The notes below the pieces were generated by a model. It had not been told where the DNA came from, did not search any database, and was given only the letters and a program-made list of their open reading frames with translations. Positions 45,671 to 55,710 of a DNA stretch of 64,000 nt are shown piece by piece (position 1 is the stretch's first letter; each line of letters starts with the position of its first letter). The stretch is taken from assembly GCA_045653515.1 (NCBI GenBank), contig JAZOMB010000046.1, positions 13,114-77,113 of the forward strand. The letters are read 5' to 3'. A program made the position numbers and the translations under genes. Origin of the DNA: Victivallaceae bacterium. GTDB taxonomy: Bacteria > Verrucomicrobiota > Lentisphaeria > Victivallales > Victivallaceae.

Positions 45671-48184
45671 ATGGATTTTTTGAAAAAATGTTTGAGTCAT
45701 ACCCTTGATAACGGGTTTGAATGTTATTTTTTGCACCGTCCGGGCCCTGCAGTGGAGATGCAAATACACGTTGCCACAGGCAGCGTTCACGAAGATAAAT
45801 TTCTGGGACACGGATTGTCCCACTTCCTTGAACATATGCTCTTTCAGGGATGCCGCAATTATCCCGGCCACGCGATAGCCGATACCGTTGCCGCGCTCGG
45901 CGGCGATCTCAATGCCTACACCGGATGCGACCGCACCTGTTACCGGATGACGATCCCGGCGGCAAGCTGGCAGCGCGGAGTTGATATGCTTTCCTCAATG
46001 GTGCAGTTTCCGGAGCTTCCTGCGGAGCGTTTCATCCGGGAAAAAGAGGTTATTTTGCGCGAATGTGAGCGCAGTATGGATAATGTCGGCAACCGGATGT
46101 TTGAAAAGTTTCTCCGCACGATGTTTCTCCGTCATCCGCTGCGCCACCCGGTCATCGGATATAAGGAATTGATCAGCAAAGTTGACCGTGAAATGGCGCT
46201 GGAGTACCATCGTCTGCGCTACACTCCTGACCGTTCATTTGCGGTCGTGGTCGGCAATGTGGAGCCGGAGGCGCTCTTTGAAGAGCTGGAAAATAAGTTC
46301 GGCTCCTGGGCGCGGCACGATTTGAGCGAGATAATTCTGCCGCAGGAGGAGGTTCCTTTCGGCGGCAGAAGCGGCGAACTTATTTATCCCGACCCGCTGG
46401 CGCGGGCGATGTGGGGTATTCAGGTGCCGGAACTCGGAGATCCGAAACTTCCGGCATTGGATGTTCTTTTCGGAATGCTCGGAACGGGAGACGGTTCGAT
46501 TTTGAATACCGAAATGGTGTTGAAAAGTCAAACGGTACTCAATGTGCGCAGTTTCTGTTTCCCGCTGGGCAACAAAGCGCTGGCGGGCATAAGTTTGGAG
46601 TGCGAACCGGGAAAACTCGGCAAAGCGGAACGCGAATTGTCGGCAATATTGTCCGATTGCGCCGCCGGAAAAATCTCCGCCGCCCGCATGGAGCGCGAAA
46701 AAGGTCAGCAGTACGCCGACAGACTCCGCAGTTTGCGCAATATCGTCGGTGTCGCAGGCGAGATCGCCGAAGGTGTGCTGCGCAACGGCAATCCGGGGGC
46801 AGGGGACAGTTATATCGACGAACTGCAGAAAGTCACCATTGATGATATCAGATCGTGTGCCGCTGAATTTATCGGCGGCAACCGCTGGGTGAAGATCCAT
46901 CAGCTTCCCACGGCGGCAAAAAAGAAAAATGTCCGGAGCAAAGTCAATTCTGCGCTTGATGTGTGCAAACTTGACTCCGGCGTTTCGATGATCTGGACTA
47001 AAGATGATTCCCTGCCGCTGTGCTGTTTTTCATTATTGCTCCCCGGCGGAACGATCAGCGAAGTTCCGGGCAAATCGGGCATTTCCCAGCTGTGCGCCGC
47101 AATGATGAGCGGCAAAATGGTTGGAATGAGCGAAGAGGCGGTGGCGAAGAAACTGGATGAATTGTGCGTGGATATGGATATATCTTCGGGAGCAAATTCA
47201 TTGATGATGGAATTTTCGGTGCCGAAGAAAAAGTTTGCCAAAGCGGTGGAGTTTGTCGGCAGATTGCTCGGAGAAGCCGAGTTTACCGCAGAAATTTTTG
47301 AACGTGAACGGCGTTATTTGCTCGAACGGCTCAAAGTCCGTCAGGAACAGCCGGTACGCGCCGCATTTGACACTATGCAGCGCATTATGTACGGCAATCA
47401 CCCCTACGCCAAAGGCACTTACGGAACGGCGGAGGATCTGCTCAATATCACCCTCGACGAAGTGAAAGATTTTTACAATAAGCTGTGGAATCCGGAAAAA
47501 ATCATCGTCGGTTTTGCCGGAGATTGCAGTTTGAGTGAGGCAGAGAAACTTGCAGAAAAGTTCCTTGGCAATATGACCTTTACCGATTGGGCGGCGGAAC
47601 GCCCCGCCGAACCGGAATTTTTCCGTGGAATAAAGCGGGAAAATCTGACCTTGCCCAGAGAACAGACGGTGGCGCTGCGGACTTTGCCAGGCGTGTCGCT
47701 CGATGATCCGGAGCTGGTGAATGCGATCGAACTTTTGTCCATAATGGAAAACGGTCTGGCCTCCAATCTCTTCAAGGAGGTGCGCGAAGATAATGCGTTG
47801 AGCTACTCGGTCGGGATGACCTTTTCCAGCGGATTCCATGCCGGAACGGTGAGCTTTTATGCGATGACCGCCGCTGGAGCCGGAGAGCAGGTGCTGGAAC
47901 TCTTTGAAGCGGAGATCAAGCGGCTGGCTGAAGGAAAATTCAGCGATGAAGAGTTTGAAAATGCCCGTCAGGGGGCGGCGTTTGAGTGTGACGTGAATTT
48001 TGCCAAACCGGAAGCGTTGCTCCGGAGTGCGCTTTTGGAACATTATTATGGATTTGATGCCAAAGCAATTCTGGATAAATCGGCGATGTTCCGCAACTAT
48101 TCCAAAGAGAAGTTTGCCTCTGCATTGCAGAAGCTCTTTAAATCTCCTGACGGCTGCGCAGTTCTGGTGTTGCCGGAAAAGTGA
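45671..48184 (+). CDS. M16-family (pitrilysin-like) zinc peptidase, double-module
   Basis: 837 aa. Inverted zinc motif HFLEH in GLSHFLEHMLFQG. The second half is an inactive M16 repeat. Confidence 0.85.
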   Translation: MDFLKKCLSHTLDNGFECYFLHRPGPAVEMQIHVATGSVHEDKFLGHGLSHFLEHMLFQGCRNYPGHAIADTVAALGGDLNAYTGCDRTCYRMTIPAASWQRGVDMLSSMVQFPELPAERFIREKEVILRECERSMDNVGNRMFEKFLRTMFLRHPLRHPVIGYKELISKVDREMALEYHRLRYTPDRSFAVVVGNVEPEALFEELENKFGSWARHDLSEIILPQEEVPFGGRSGELIYPDPLARAMWGIQVPELGDPKLPALDVLFGMLGTGDGSILNTEMVLKSQTVLNVRSFCFPLGNKALAGISLECEPGKLGKAERELSAILSDCAAGKISAARMEREKGQQYADRLRSLRNIVGVAGEIAEGVLRNGNPGAGDSYIDELQKVTIDDIRSCAAEFIGGNRWVKIHQLPTAAKKKNVRSKVNSALDVCKLDSGVSMIWTKDDSLPLCCFSLLLPGGTISEVPGKSGISQLCAAMMSGKMVGMSEEAVAKKLDELCVDMDISSGANSLMMEFSVPKKKFAKAVEFVGRLLGEAEFTAEIFERERRYLLERLKVRQEQPVRAAFDTMQRIMYGNHPYAKGTYGTAEDLLNITLDEVKDFYNKLWNPEKIIVGFAGDCSLSEAEKLAEKFLGNMTFTDWAAERPAEPEFFRGIKRENLTLPREQTVALRTLPGVSLDDPELVNAIELLSIMENGLASNLFKEVREDNALSYSVGMTFSSGFHAGTVSFYAMTAAGAGEQVLELFEAEIKRLAEGKFSDEEFENARQGAAFECDVNFAKPEALLRSALLEHYYGFDAKAILDKSAMFRNYSKEKFASALQKLFKSPDGCAVLVLPEK

Positions 48185-48212
48185 GAGCTGTGGAAAAATC
48201 TTTCCACAGCTC
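48185..48212. terminator. 12-bp perfect hairpin immediately after the M16 stop codon
   Basis: GAGCTGTGGAAA-AATC-TTTCCACAGCTC. No strong U-run follows, so terminator function is uncertain. Confidence 0.4.
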
Positions 48213-48519
48213 GTTGAAAATCTTGTTAATGTCTTAAAATAACTTTTGTTGCCGCATAAAAAAGTTGTTATGAGTTGCGTGTTTTGTCAATACGGAGTCA
48301 AAAATCCTGCCTTACGTATGTTGCGCGGTCAGCGCAACGATATGCGCAACAGCCAGAGACACTGTTTTTGAACCACGTCCATTCCAGTCGGCGGATGCAG
48401 AGTGCGGCAAGGTCGCCGTCAAATCAAGGCGGCGGCGAAGGAGTGGACTTAAGTCCTCGACTGAGCCGACGACCGCTGATTTGACAAGAGATTGCCCGCA
48501 ATGCGCCGCCGCAGTAATT

Positions 48520-50775
48520 TTATTTGCCGAATGGAATAAAGAAGATATAGCCGGAAGTTTTGCCGTTGATGATCGACTTCTGGTAGATGCGGCCGAAGAA
48601 GCTCACTTTGCTGTTTTTACCATCCTTTTGAATGGAGATAAAGGGGAAGATCAGCTTTTCGGTACGGTCCCCGTCGGTGCGGTTGCGGTAGAGGAAGTGC
48701 AGAATGTGGAGAGATTCTTTGCTGCCGTCCTTTTCGCCGCCTGCCATATTGAGGAAAATCCGCCATTTCCAGTCGCCGTTGTAGTAATTTTCTTTGCGGA
48801 AAAAGAGGCCATTGCCGAGGTCGGATTTGGCGCGGACTTCGGTGGTTTGTGCGTAAAGATCAGCAATAACCTTGTCAACTTGTTTCTTGTTTGCCCAGTT
48901 GGACACGTTGATTTTGAAGTTGACTTTTGCCGCCTCTTTTTCTGCCAGGGCGATATCTTTTTTGAAGTTCCTCCACGATTTATCCAGTTTCTGACGGCGG
49001 AGTTTGAGTTTCTCAAGGGCGATCATTTTTTCATAGTATTCGATTTTGTTGCGCTCCTTGATGGCATTGGCAAGCTTCAGCTCTCTGGCGTACTCTTTTT
49101 CATCTCTGTCAAGAGATTCTTTCCGCCAGTTGAAGGAGTTGAAACTGGCAACCAGCGCGTTGAGCGTTTTATAGTCAAGACCCTGTTTGGCAACATAGAA
49201 CTTGACTTTGCTGCGATAAAAGAGTCCGCAGGCGGCATAGATGTCGGTGCTTTCGATGTTGGCAGATTTGCCGTTGGACCATTTGGCATCGGAACTGTGG
49301 ATGATTTGGAAGCGGTCCTGACTGCGGCGGGTTTTATTTATGTAGGCGATCGGCGGAATGATGTATATATAATCTTCATACTCATCGTGCCCGGCTCCTG
49401 AGAGCAGCAACAGGCTCAACCATTTCCATTTGCCGTGTTCATAGTGCTTACCGCCGGCGAGCAGCGGGAAACAGATCCACACTTTTTTGTGCAAGCTCCA
49501 ATTGTAAAAATAAAGCGGCGTGAAAATTTTTCCATCGGTGTAAAATTCAAACTTTTTATCTTTGATATAATCTTTGATATAATCGTCGATGTAGAGCCGG
49601 AGCAAGGTGGCGTTGTTGATGAATTCCGGGACTTGAGCTTTGGGATCAAGAGCTTTCAAGGCGGCGTTGACTTTGGGGAGCTGCTGAGCGAATTTGCCGC
49701 TGACAGCAGACTTCAAATGGCGGAGTTTGGTGACTTGCGAGTCAACTTTGATCCAGGTCTCTTCATCTTTTCCGGATAAAAACGGCAGTATAAAGAGGTC
49801 GGTTTCTGATTTTTTGCCGTTGATAACGGCATCAAAAAGGGTGCGTTCATCATATTCATATTTGAAAAACTTTTTTGTGAAAAGCGAGAAATCAACATCG
49901 TTGCCGGATCTTTCATAATCGGCAAGCAGACCGAGGATGTTCCAGCTGAAACGGTTCATGTATGGAGTATCGGAAATATGGAACAAGGGGAAGAAGCCGC
50001 CGAAAGTGTGTTCATACTGCTGGAAATCTTTGGCAACGTCCTTGCGCAATGCATTGAGTTCCTGCGGAGTTTTTACCGGTTTGCGACCGGATTTCCAGAT
50101 GTCATATTTTACATAATAGTTTTCAAGAGCGTTGCTGTAAAACAGGCTGTCCCATCCTTTTGTATCCAGATGGCGGTTTTTTCCATAGTAACCAAGCATA
50201 AATTCGGTGAAGTCGTAGCTGTTCGAAATCAGTGCCGGATCTTGCTTTTCAGCATAGCCGAGTTTTTTATAATCCCGTTTGGCAATAAAAAACGGGGTGT
50301 AGTAGCACCAGAATTCATCTTTCAGACGGTTCTGATAGGTAAGCGGAATAAATCCGAAGCCGGTCTTTGTCCAGCGGAAGTTCGCCACCCAGCCGCTTTT
50401 GTCGGCAATGTTCCAGCTGGAAAGGGGAAAGAGAATCGAGTAATCATCGCCCTCCTGATTGTAGAAGGGACGGATCGCCATACCGTAGGGATCCCAGTCG
50501 ATCATCGGCCACAAAACGGAAAAGTAGTTCTGGTTGCGGAAATAAAAGGGCCAGATATTGATCAGAGTATCATTGATGCCGGAGACCTGATTTTTGTTAG
50601 CGCGGTGCGGGATGGACATTTTGTCCATTTTCTGGAACTTTTCCGAACGGGTACGGTAATTTTTCGGTGCAGAATAGCTGTCAAAGACGCCGCCGGACAT
50701 CCGGAAAGCACGTTCACTTGAGGCACAACCGCAAAGAAGAACTGCGGTAACAACGGGAAACAGAAGTTTTTTCAT
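48520..50775 (-). CDS. large lipoprotein of unknown function
   Basis: 751 aa. Lipobox AVLLCGCASS. Aromatic-rich repeats. Promoter TTGAAT, 17 nt, TATATT at 50797-50825. Confidence 0.5.
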   Translation of the reverse strand: MKKLLFPVVTAVLLCGCASSERAFRMSGGVFDSYSAPKNYRTRSEKFQKMDKMSIPHRANKNQVSGINDTLINIWPFYFRNQNYFSVLWPMIDWDPYGMAIRPFYNQEGDDYSILFPLSSWNIADKSGWVANFRWTKTGFGFIPLTYQNRLKDEFWCYYTPFFIAKRDYKKLGYAEKQDPALISNSYDFTEFMLGYYGKNRHLDTKGWDSLFYSNALENYYVKYDIWKSGRKPVKTPQELNALRKDVAKDFQQYEHTFGGFFPLFHISDTPYMNRFSWNILGLLADYERSGNDVDFSLFTKKFFKYEYDERTLFDAVINGKKSETDLFILPFLSGKDEETWIKVDSQVTKLRHLKSAVSGKFAQQLPKVNAALKALDPKAQVPEFINNATLLRLYIDDYIKDYIKDKKFEFYTDGKIFTPLYFYNWSLHKKVWICFPLLAGGKHYEHGKWKWLSLLLLSGAGHDEYEDYIYIIPPIAYINKTRRSQDRFQIIHSSDAKWSNGKSANIESTDIYAACGLFYRSKVKFYVAKQGLDYKTLNALVASFNSFNWRKESLDRDEKEYARELKLANAIKERNKIEYYEKMIALEKLKLRRQKLDKSWRNFKKDIALAEKEAAKVNFKINVSNWANKKQVDKVIADLYAQTTEVRAKSDLGNGLFFRKENYYNGDWKWRIFLNMAGGEKDGSKESLHILHFLYRNRTDGDRTEKLIFPFISIQKDGKNSKVSFFGRIYQKSIINGKTSGYIFFIPFGK

Positions 50776-50920
50776 CGTAACATCCTCCTATCGGTTAATA
50801 TAATATAATATAAGAGAATATTCAAGCCGGGAAAAAGAAGTTTCTTGCTCATATGCGACGGCTGTGTTGCGACCAGCGGGAGCAACTTACTTCGCTTTTT
50901 TTGAAAAGGGGAGAGGGTTT

Positions 50921-50972
50921 GGGAGAGGGGGAAAACTTTTTTTCCCGTGAAAAAAAGTTTTCCCCCTCTCCC
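50921..50972 (-). terminator. 23-bp perfect-stem hairpin after the fumarase operon
   Basis: GGGAGAGGGGGAAAACTTTTTTT-CCCGTG-AAAAAAAGTTTTCCCCCTCTCCC, starting 13 nt after the stop of 50985-51515. Confidence 0.6.
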
Positions 50973-50984
50973 AAAATAATCGCT

Positions 50985-51515
50985 TTAATAAAGCGAGTTG
51001 CCGTTGGCGTCGATGGCGACGACCAGCGGGAGCTCTTTGACTTCGAGGCGGTAGATCGCTTCGGGGCCGAGATCGTCGAACGCAACGACATCGGCTTTGA
51101 CGATGCTGCGGGCGATCAGGGCGCCTGCGCCGCCGGTCGCGGCGAAGTAGACGGCACCGAACTTCTGCATGGCATCTTTGACCTGAGTGTTGCGGTCGCC
51201 TTTACCGATCATACCGCGGAGCTGGCACTTTTCGATCAGAATGGGCGAATAGGCATCCATACGTCCGCTGGTGGTGGGGCCGGCAGAACCGATGACCCGT
51301 CCCGGAGGGGCGGGGCAGGGGCCGACGAAATAGATCAGTTGTCCGGCAAGATCCACCGGGAGCGTTTCGCCGTCAGCAAGCATTTTGCACAAACGTTTGT
51401 GGGCGGCATCGCGGCCGGTGTATATGACTCCGGTAAGTTTGACAATATCCCCGGCGTTGAGGGCGCGGGTATCCGCTTCGGTAAGCGGAGTGGAAAGATT
51501 CAAAACATTGCTCAT
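50985..51515 (-). CDS. class I (Fe-S) fumarate hydratase / tartrate dehydratase-type hydro-lyase, beta subunit
   Basis: 176 aa. Motif GVIYTGRDAAHKRL. Its start overlaps the alpha subunit stop by 4 nt. Confidence 0.8.
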   Translation of the reverse strand: MSNVLNLSTPLTEADTRALNAGDIVKLTGVIYTGRDAAHKRLCKMLADGETLPVDLAGQLIYFVGPCPAPPGRVIGSAGPTTSGRMDAYSPILIEKCQLRGMIGKGDRNTQVKDAMQKFGAVYFAATGGAGALIARSIVKADVVAFDDLGPEAIYRLEVKELPLVVAIDANGNSLY

Positions 51516-52357
51516 AATTCGATCTCCGCGTGGCGTGCCGCATGACAGTTGATGTTTACCGCAACCGGCAAGCTTGCCAGATGGCAGGGGAAAAATTCAA
51601 TATGACAGCTCAAGCTGGTGACACTGCCGCCCAGACCTTGCGGGCCGACACCGGAAGCGTTGATTTTTTCAAGTATCTCCGCTTCCAATTCAGCGTAGCG
51701 CGGGTCGGTCGAGGGGGTGCCGACTTTGCGGAGGAGCGCTTTTTTGGCAAGATATGCCGCATACTCCATCGTGCCGCCGATACCGACACCGACGACGGTC
51801 GGCGGGCAGGGGTTGCCTCCGGCGTTTACCACGCTGTCCACGACGAATTTGACCACGCCCTCTCTGCCTTCGGAGGGTTTGAGCATTTTGAGCGCGCTCA
51901 TATTCTCTGAACCGCCGCCTTTGGGGGCGAGGGTGATTTTCAGCTTGTCGCCGGGAACGCTTTTCAAGTGGACGATGCACGGCGTATTGCTGGTGGTGTT
52001 TTTGCGGTCAAAAAGCGGGTCGGCAACGATGGATTTACGCAGATAGAAATCTTTGTAACCCTGTTTGGTGCCTTCTGTGAGCGCCTCTTCCACAGTGCCG
52101 TGATCGAGGGCGACACCGGTACCCATTTCCACAAAGTAGACCGCAAAACCGGTGTCCTGACAGAGCGGCATATTTTCTTTCGCGGCGATGTCGGCGTTTT
52201 CCAGATACTGCTGGAAAAACGCCTTGCCAAGTTCGCTGGTTTCGGTCTTGCTGCCGTTTTTCAGCGCTTCAAGCACATCCGGCGGCAGCAGACAGGCGGC
52301 TTTGCCGCACATAGCGCGGACTTCGGAAACGATTTTTTCAAAAGCTATGGTACGCAT
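51512..52357 (-). CDS. class I (Fe-S) fumarate hydratase / tartrate dehydratase-type hydro-lyase, alpha subunit
   Basis: 281 aa. Conserved PLCQDTG block. This is the two-subunit arrangement I recall as typical of anaerobes. Confidence 0.8.
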   Translation of the reverse strand: MRTIAFEKIVSEVRAMCGKAACLLPPDVLEALKNGSKTETSELGKAFFQQYLENADIAAKENMPLCQDTGFAVYFVEMGTGVALDHGTVEEALTEGTKQGYKDFYLRKSIVADPLFDRKNTTSNTPCIVHLKSVPGDKLKITLAPKGGGSENMSALKMLKPSEGREGVVKFVVDSVVNAGGNPCPPTVVGVGIGGTMEYAAYLAKKALLRKVGTPSTDPRYAELEAEILEKINASGVGPQGLGGSVTSLSCHIEFFPCHLASLPVAVNINCHAARHAEIEL

Positions 52358-52360
52358 TGA

Positions 52361-54742
52361 TCACTCCGGGAAATTGCAGTAGAACTTCAGATAGGCGCGG
52401 TCGGGTTCCAGATCGTTGAGGAATTCGATGCGGTAGGCGTCTTTGCCTTCGGCATCGGAGGACAGATAAGCGTAGCAGAAGATGTAGAAGGGCATATCGC
52501 CGCCGGCGTGGGTGGTGTAGAGCGCCAGCTGGACTTTGCCTTTGAAATTGAAGTCATTGAGCCGGATGGCAGGGGAGCTTTCACCGACAAAGAGATTGTT
52601 TTTCTCAATGTGCTCATCCGTGCGGCCGGTGCGGTCGATCCAGCAGAGATGGTTGAATTTGCCCGCTTCGTCGATGAAGCCGAATTCAAAGGAGTTGTTG
52701 AAGAGGTCAACGGTCATACTGTCTTCGTAGGGAGTCGGAGACATTTCCGGCAGTTCGACACGAAGATAGGTTTCTTTCCACGCAGGAGGATCGTTGCGCA
52801 GTTTGCGCTGGGCTTCAACGCGTTCCAGATAGGCTTTGCCCAAGTCGGCAAGAGGAGCTTCCGGCGCAAGGTAATTTGTCAGAAGCGCATCGGCGGAAAG
52901 ACTCGGCGCGGTAAAGAGAATACCGGCAACACCGTAGGGACCGATCACCATCTTTTCCGGAGCTGAAGCAACTTTTTCCGCACCGCCATTGAGCAGCACG
53001 CACTTATTGAAGGAGTCAACATTGAATCCGAGCTTGCTGAAGTCGACAGTCGTATCAAGTTCGCGGGGCTCATTTTTGAAGTTGGCAAAGAGCGCCAGCG
53101 CCATATTGCCACGGTTGCTGATGAACATATAGTGACCGTCGGAATAGTTTTTAGCAAAAACATCACGGCTGTTGTAGTCATTGACGATGCGGATATTGCG
53201 TTCGTTTTTGACGATGCTCCACAGCTTCCAGATCGGCACGAAGCTCTGGTCGTTGATGCCCGGCACGCGGGGATGCGCGAGGCTGCTGGTGTAGAACTGT
53301 TCACCGAGATTGCTGTGGGGGTACTGACCGCTGGAGGCGATGTAGGGGATGATCTCCGGAGAGGAATATTCCGGGAATGCCGCACTCCACAAGGTTCCTT
53401 CTCCCATAGTGGACATACTGTAATAATCATATTCTTTGCGGCCGCGGATGAGCAGACCGCGTTCACCTTCACCGGAAACGTAACCGCTCATAAAGCCCAT
53501 CGTAAGCGCGCTGAAAGATGGACCGGTATGGCTGTAAAAGACTCCGTCCGGACCGATCTGTTTACGCAAGGTGCGCATAACGTGATAGTATCTGCGGAAG
53601 GGGATGCGGCCGCCGCAGTAAAGTTCGTTGGCGGGCATACTGTGTCCGTAGGGGCTGCCGTAGTCCATATACAAGCCGTCAAAGTTGTATTTGAGCAGGT
53701 GTTTGAACCACGACGCCTGCCGCATAACGACCGATTCTTCATTGCCGCGGATGTAGACCGCAAGGCGGATGTTGTTGGCGTGCAGGGCATCGCGGAGCTT
53801 TTCAAAGGCTTCGGGATCGAACGGAACACCGTCATTCTGGGTGTCCATACGCCAGTTTTCGTGCATCACAAAGACATCGCACTTGGCGGCGATGACTGCG
53901 GCGATGGTCTCATCGGTCGGGTAGCGCAGATAGTTGTCAAAGTAGTGGTACATACGGAAGGGCGGCTGGGTGCGTTCGGTCGCCGCCGGTTTGATCGCCC
54001 AGCCCCACTGGTTGCGGACCTGATTGATGATGGGGCGGGGGAAGGCGCACTTCTGCATCCGCCAGGAGATTTCCGGAGAAAGTCCGTCCCACTTGATCGA
54101 GCTGTCGGCATCTTCGCGGCGTTTGGAGAGGGTGTTGTGACCTTCCATAAAGATTTCCATATAGAGCTGGGGCGCGAACTCTCTGGTCAGATTGAAGTTG
54201 ACCATCGGCACCATCGCTTTGAAGTCGCGGTCTTTGCCCGGTTCAATGAAGCGTTCGGTCTGGGCGGTGATGAGTGTACCGTCAATGACCGCCGGACGTT
54301 CACGGAAGCACCAGCGCAGATCGTCAAAGGTGGAGAAATCCGGCTTGGATTTGAGTTCAAAACGGGCGATCCCGATCGAGTGGATGTCGCGGACAAAGAA
54401 GACCATATTGGTGAATGCCGCGCCGTCAGAATAAAATTCGTGGCGCAAGGTGAGCAGATATTCGGGGTATTCTTTGCCGGTCTGGTCTTTGAAAGTGACA
54501 TTGATGAAGTCAACGTGGGTGGCGCCGTCATCTTCGTCATCATAAATGCGGACGTTTTCCGCTTTGGCAAAGGGGCGGAGGATGGAACCGTTTTCCAGTT
54601 CCGCTTCCAAAATCCAGCTGTTTTTGCCGAAGATGACCGTTTCGCGGCCGTCACCTTCAAGAGCTGTTACTTTGCCGGGCAAGCCGCCGCATTCCGCCGG
54701 AAAACCGACGGTGATTTTACCACATTTGATCTCTGCAAGCAT
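52361..54742 (-). CDS. large cytoplasmic protein, possibly a glycoside-hydrolase-like TIM-barrel protein (hypothetical)
   Basis: 793 aa with no signal peptide. The central segment VFVMHENWRMD...NIRLAVYIRGNEES...FDGLYMDYG looks like a catalytic barrel, but no family was recognised. Confidence 0.35.
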   Translation of the reverse strand: MLAEIKCGKITVGFPAECGGLPGKVTALEGDGRETVIFGKNSWILEAELENGSILRPFAKAENVRIYDDEDDGATHVDFINVTFKDQTGKEYPEYLLTLRHEFYSDGAAFTNMVFFVRDIHSIGIARFELKSKPDFSTFDDLRWCFRERPAVIDGTLITAQTERFIEPGKDRDFKAMVPMVNFNLTREFAPQLYMEIFMEGHNTLSKRREDADSSIKWDGLSPEISWRMQKCAFPRPIINQVRNQWGWAIKPAATERTQPPFRMYHYFDNYLRYPTDETIAAVIAAKCDVFVMHENWRMDTQNDGVPFDPEAFEKLRDALHANNIRLAVYIRGNEESVVMRQASWFKHLLKYNFDGLYMDYGSPYGHSMPANELYCGGRIPFRRYYHVMRTLRKQIGPDGVFYSHTGPSFSALTMGFMSGYVSGEGERGLLIRGRKEYDYYSMSTMGEGTLWSAAFPEYSSPEIIPYIASSGQYPHSNLGEQFYTSSLAHPRVPGINDQSFVPIWKLWSIVKNERNIRIVNDYNSRDVFAKNYSDGHYMFISNRGNMALALFANFKNEPRELDTTVDFSKLGFNVDSFNKCVLLNGGAEKVASAPEKMVIGPYGVAGILFTAPSLSADALLTNYLAPEAPLADLGKAYLERVEAQRKLRNDPPAWKETYLRVELPEMSPTPYEDSMTVDLFNNSFEFGFIDEAGKFNHLCWIDRTGRTDEHIEKNNLFVGESSPAIRLNDFNFKGKVQLALYTTHAGGDMPFYIFCYAYLSSDAEGKDAYRIEFLNDLEPDRAYLKFYCNFPE

Positions 54743-54760
54743 AATATTTTTCTCCTGAAA

Positions 54761-55624
54761 TTAGGGTTTGATACTCAGTAAAAGCAGTGCCGCAGCACCG
54801 CAAATTAAGGCGGATAATTTGTAAAGTGTAAGTTTTTCTTTGAGAAACACCGCACTTAAAACAAAGGTTACAACAAAACTCATCTGCATAATGGGCAGCA
54901 CGATACTGGCATTGCCCAGACGCACCGAGTGCGCCATAAAAAAGACGATGCCGAAAACAAACAGTCCGGAAAGCACTCCGTATCCGGCAACTTTTCTGTT
55001 CCATTTGTCAAGCTGGGCGTTTTTACATTCCCGCAGCAGAAAGTAGATGCCGCCGCCGATGATCCAGCAGATGCCGTTGACGAGATTCACGCCGTTTGCC
55101 GAAGCGCCGAGGTTGAAGCCGTATTTATAAGATAATCCCATTCCGGCACGCAATATGGCGGCGATGATGACCAGAATCAAACCGAGTTTGGCTTCGCGCG
55201 GCGAAGTCCCGGTACTGTTTTTCGAGCCGGGAAGAAAGAACAGCACCGCCGCAAATGCCGCCGCTATGCCCAAAAACTGGAGCAGAGTGTTGTTTTCTTT
55301 GAACAATATCCACGCGCCGGGAACCACCAGCGCCAGATTGAGGCGGTAGATGGTCGAACACAATCCGGCACTTTGTTTGCCCATAGCTTCAATGAGAAGC
55401 AGATTGCCGACCACCGAGAAAAAGCCGGAGATCAATCCCCAGATGATGGTAGTCTGCCAGCTTGCCCCGCGCAGGCCGGGAAGAAACAGCGAAGCCAATG
55501 ACCACGCCAGCCCGATGACCAGTACGAACATCCCCCGCGAACGCGGTTTGCGGGCAAAAAGTTTAAAAACAAAATCGTTCATCGCTGAACAGAATATACA
55601 GCAAAATGCGTAAAATACCGCCAT
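54761..55624 (-). CDS. DMT-superfamily (EamA-like) membrane transporter
   Basis: ORF 54761-55756. The N-terminal 44 residues are non-hydrophobic and would overlap the upstream gene. The Met at 55624 starts MAVFYAFCCIFCSAMNDFVF. About ten TM segments. Confidence 0.6.
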   Translation of the reverse strand: MAVFYAFCCIFCSAMNDFVFKLFARKPRSRGMFVLVIGLAWSLASLFLPGLRGASWQTTIIWGLISGFFSVVGNLLLIEAMGKQSAGLCSTIYRLNLALVVPGAWILFKENNTLLQFLGIAAAFAAVLFFLPGSKNSTGTSPREAKLGLILVIIAAILRAGMGLSYKYGFNLGASANGVNLVNGICWIIGGGIYFLLRECKNAQLDKWNRKVAGYGVLSGLFVFGIVFFMAHSVRLGNASIVLPIMQMSFVVTFVLSAVFLKEKLTLYKLSALICGAAALLLLSIKP

Positions 55625-55710
55625 TTTCGATCCCCGTTTACGTTTTATTATCAAGCAATCATATAATATATCATCTTCCGTCAGATATAACAATCCGCAA
55701 CGGAGTTTTT

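Noticed and set aside
48275-48484. 69-aa plus-strand ORF in the convergent spacer
   Set aside because: It has no RBS, an Arg/Ser/Gln-rich unstructured product, and it coincides with strong RNA-type self-complementarity. The region is treated as a possible ncRNA instead.
48213-48519. Assignment of the structured spacer to SRP RNA, 6S RNA, tmRNA or RNase P RNA
   Set aside because: I could not find the SRP domain IV GNAR-loop context, a tRNA-like tmRNA end, the RNase P GGAAAGUCC-type core, or a convincing 6S central bubble by eye. It is left unassigned.
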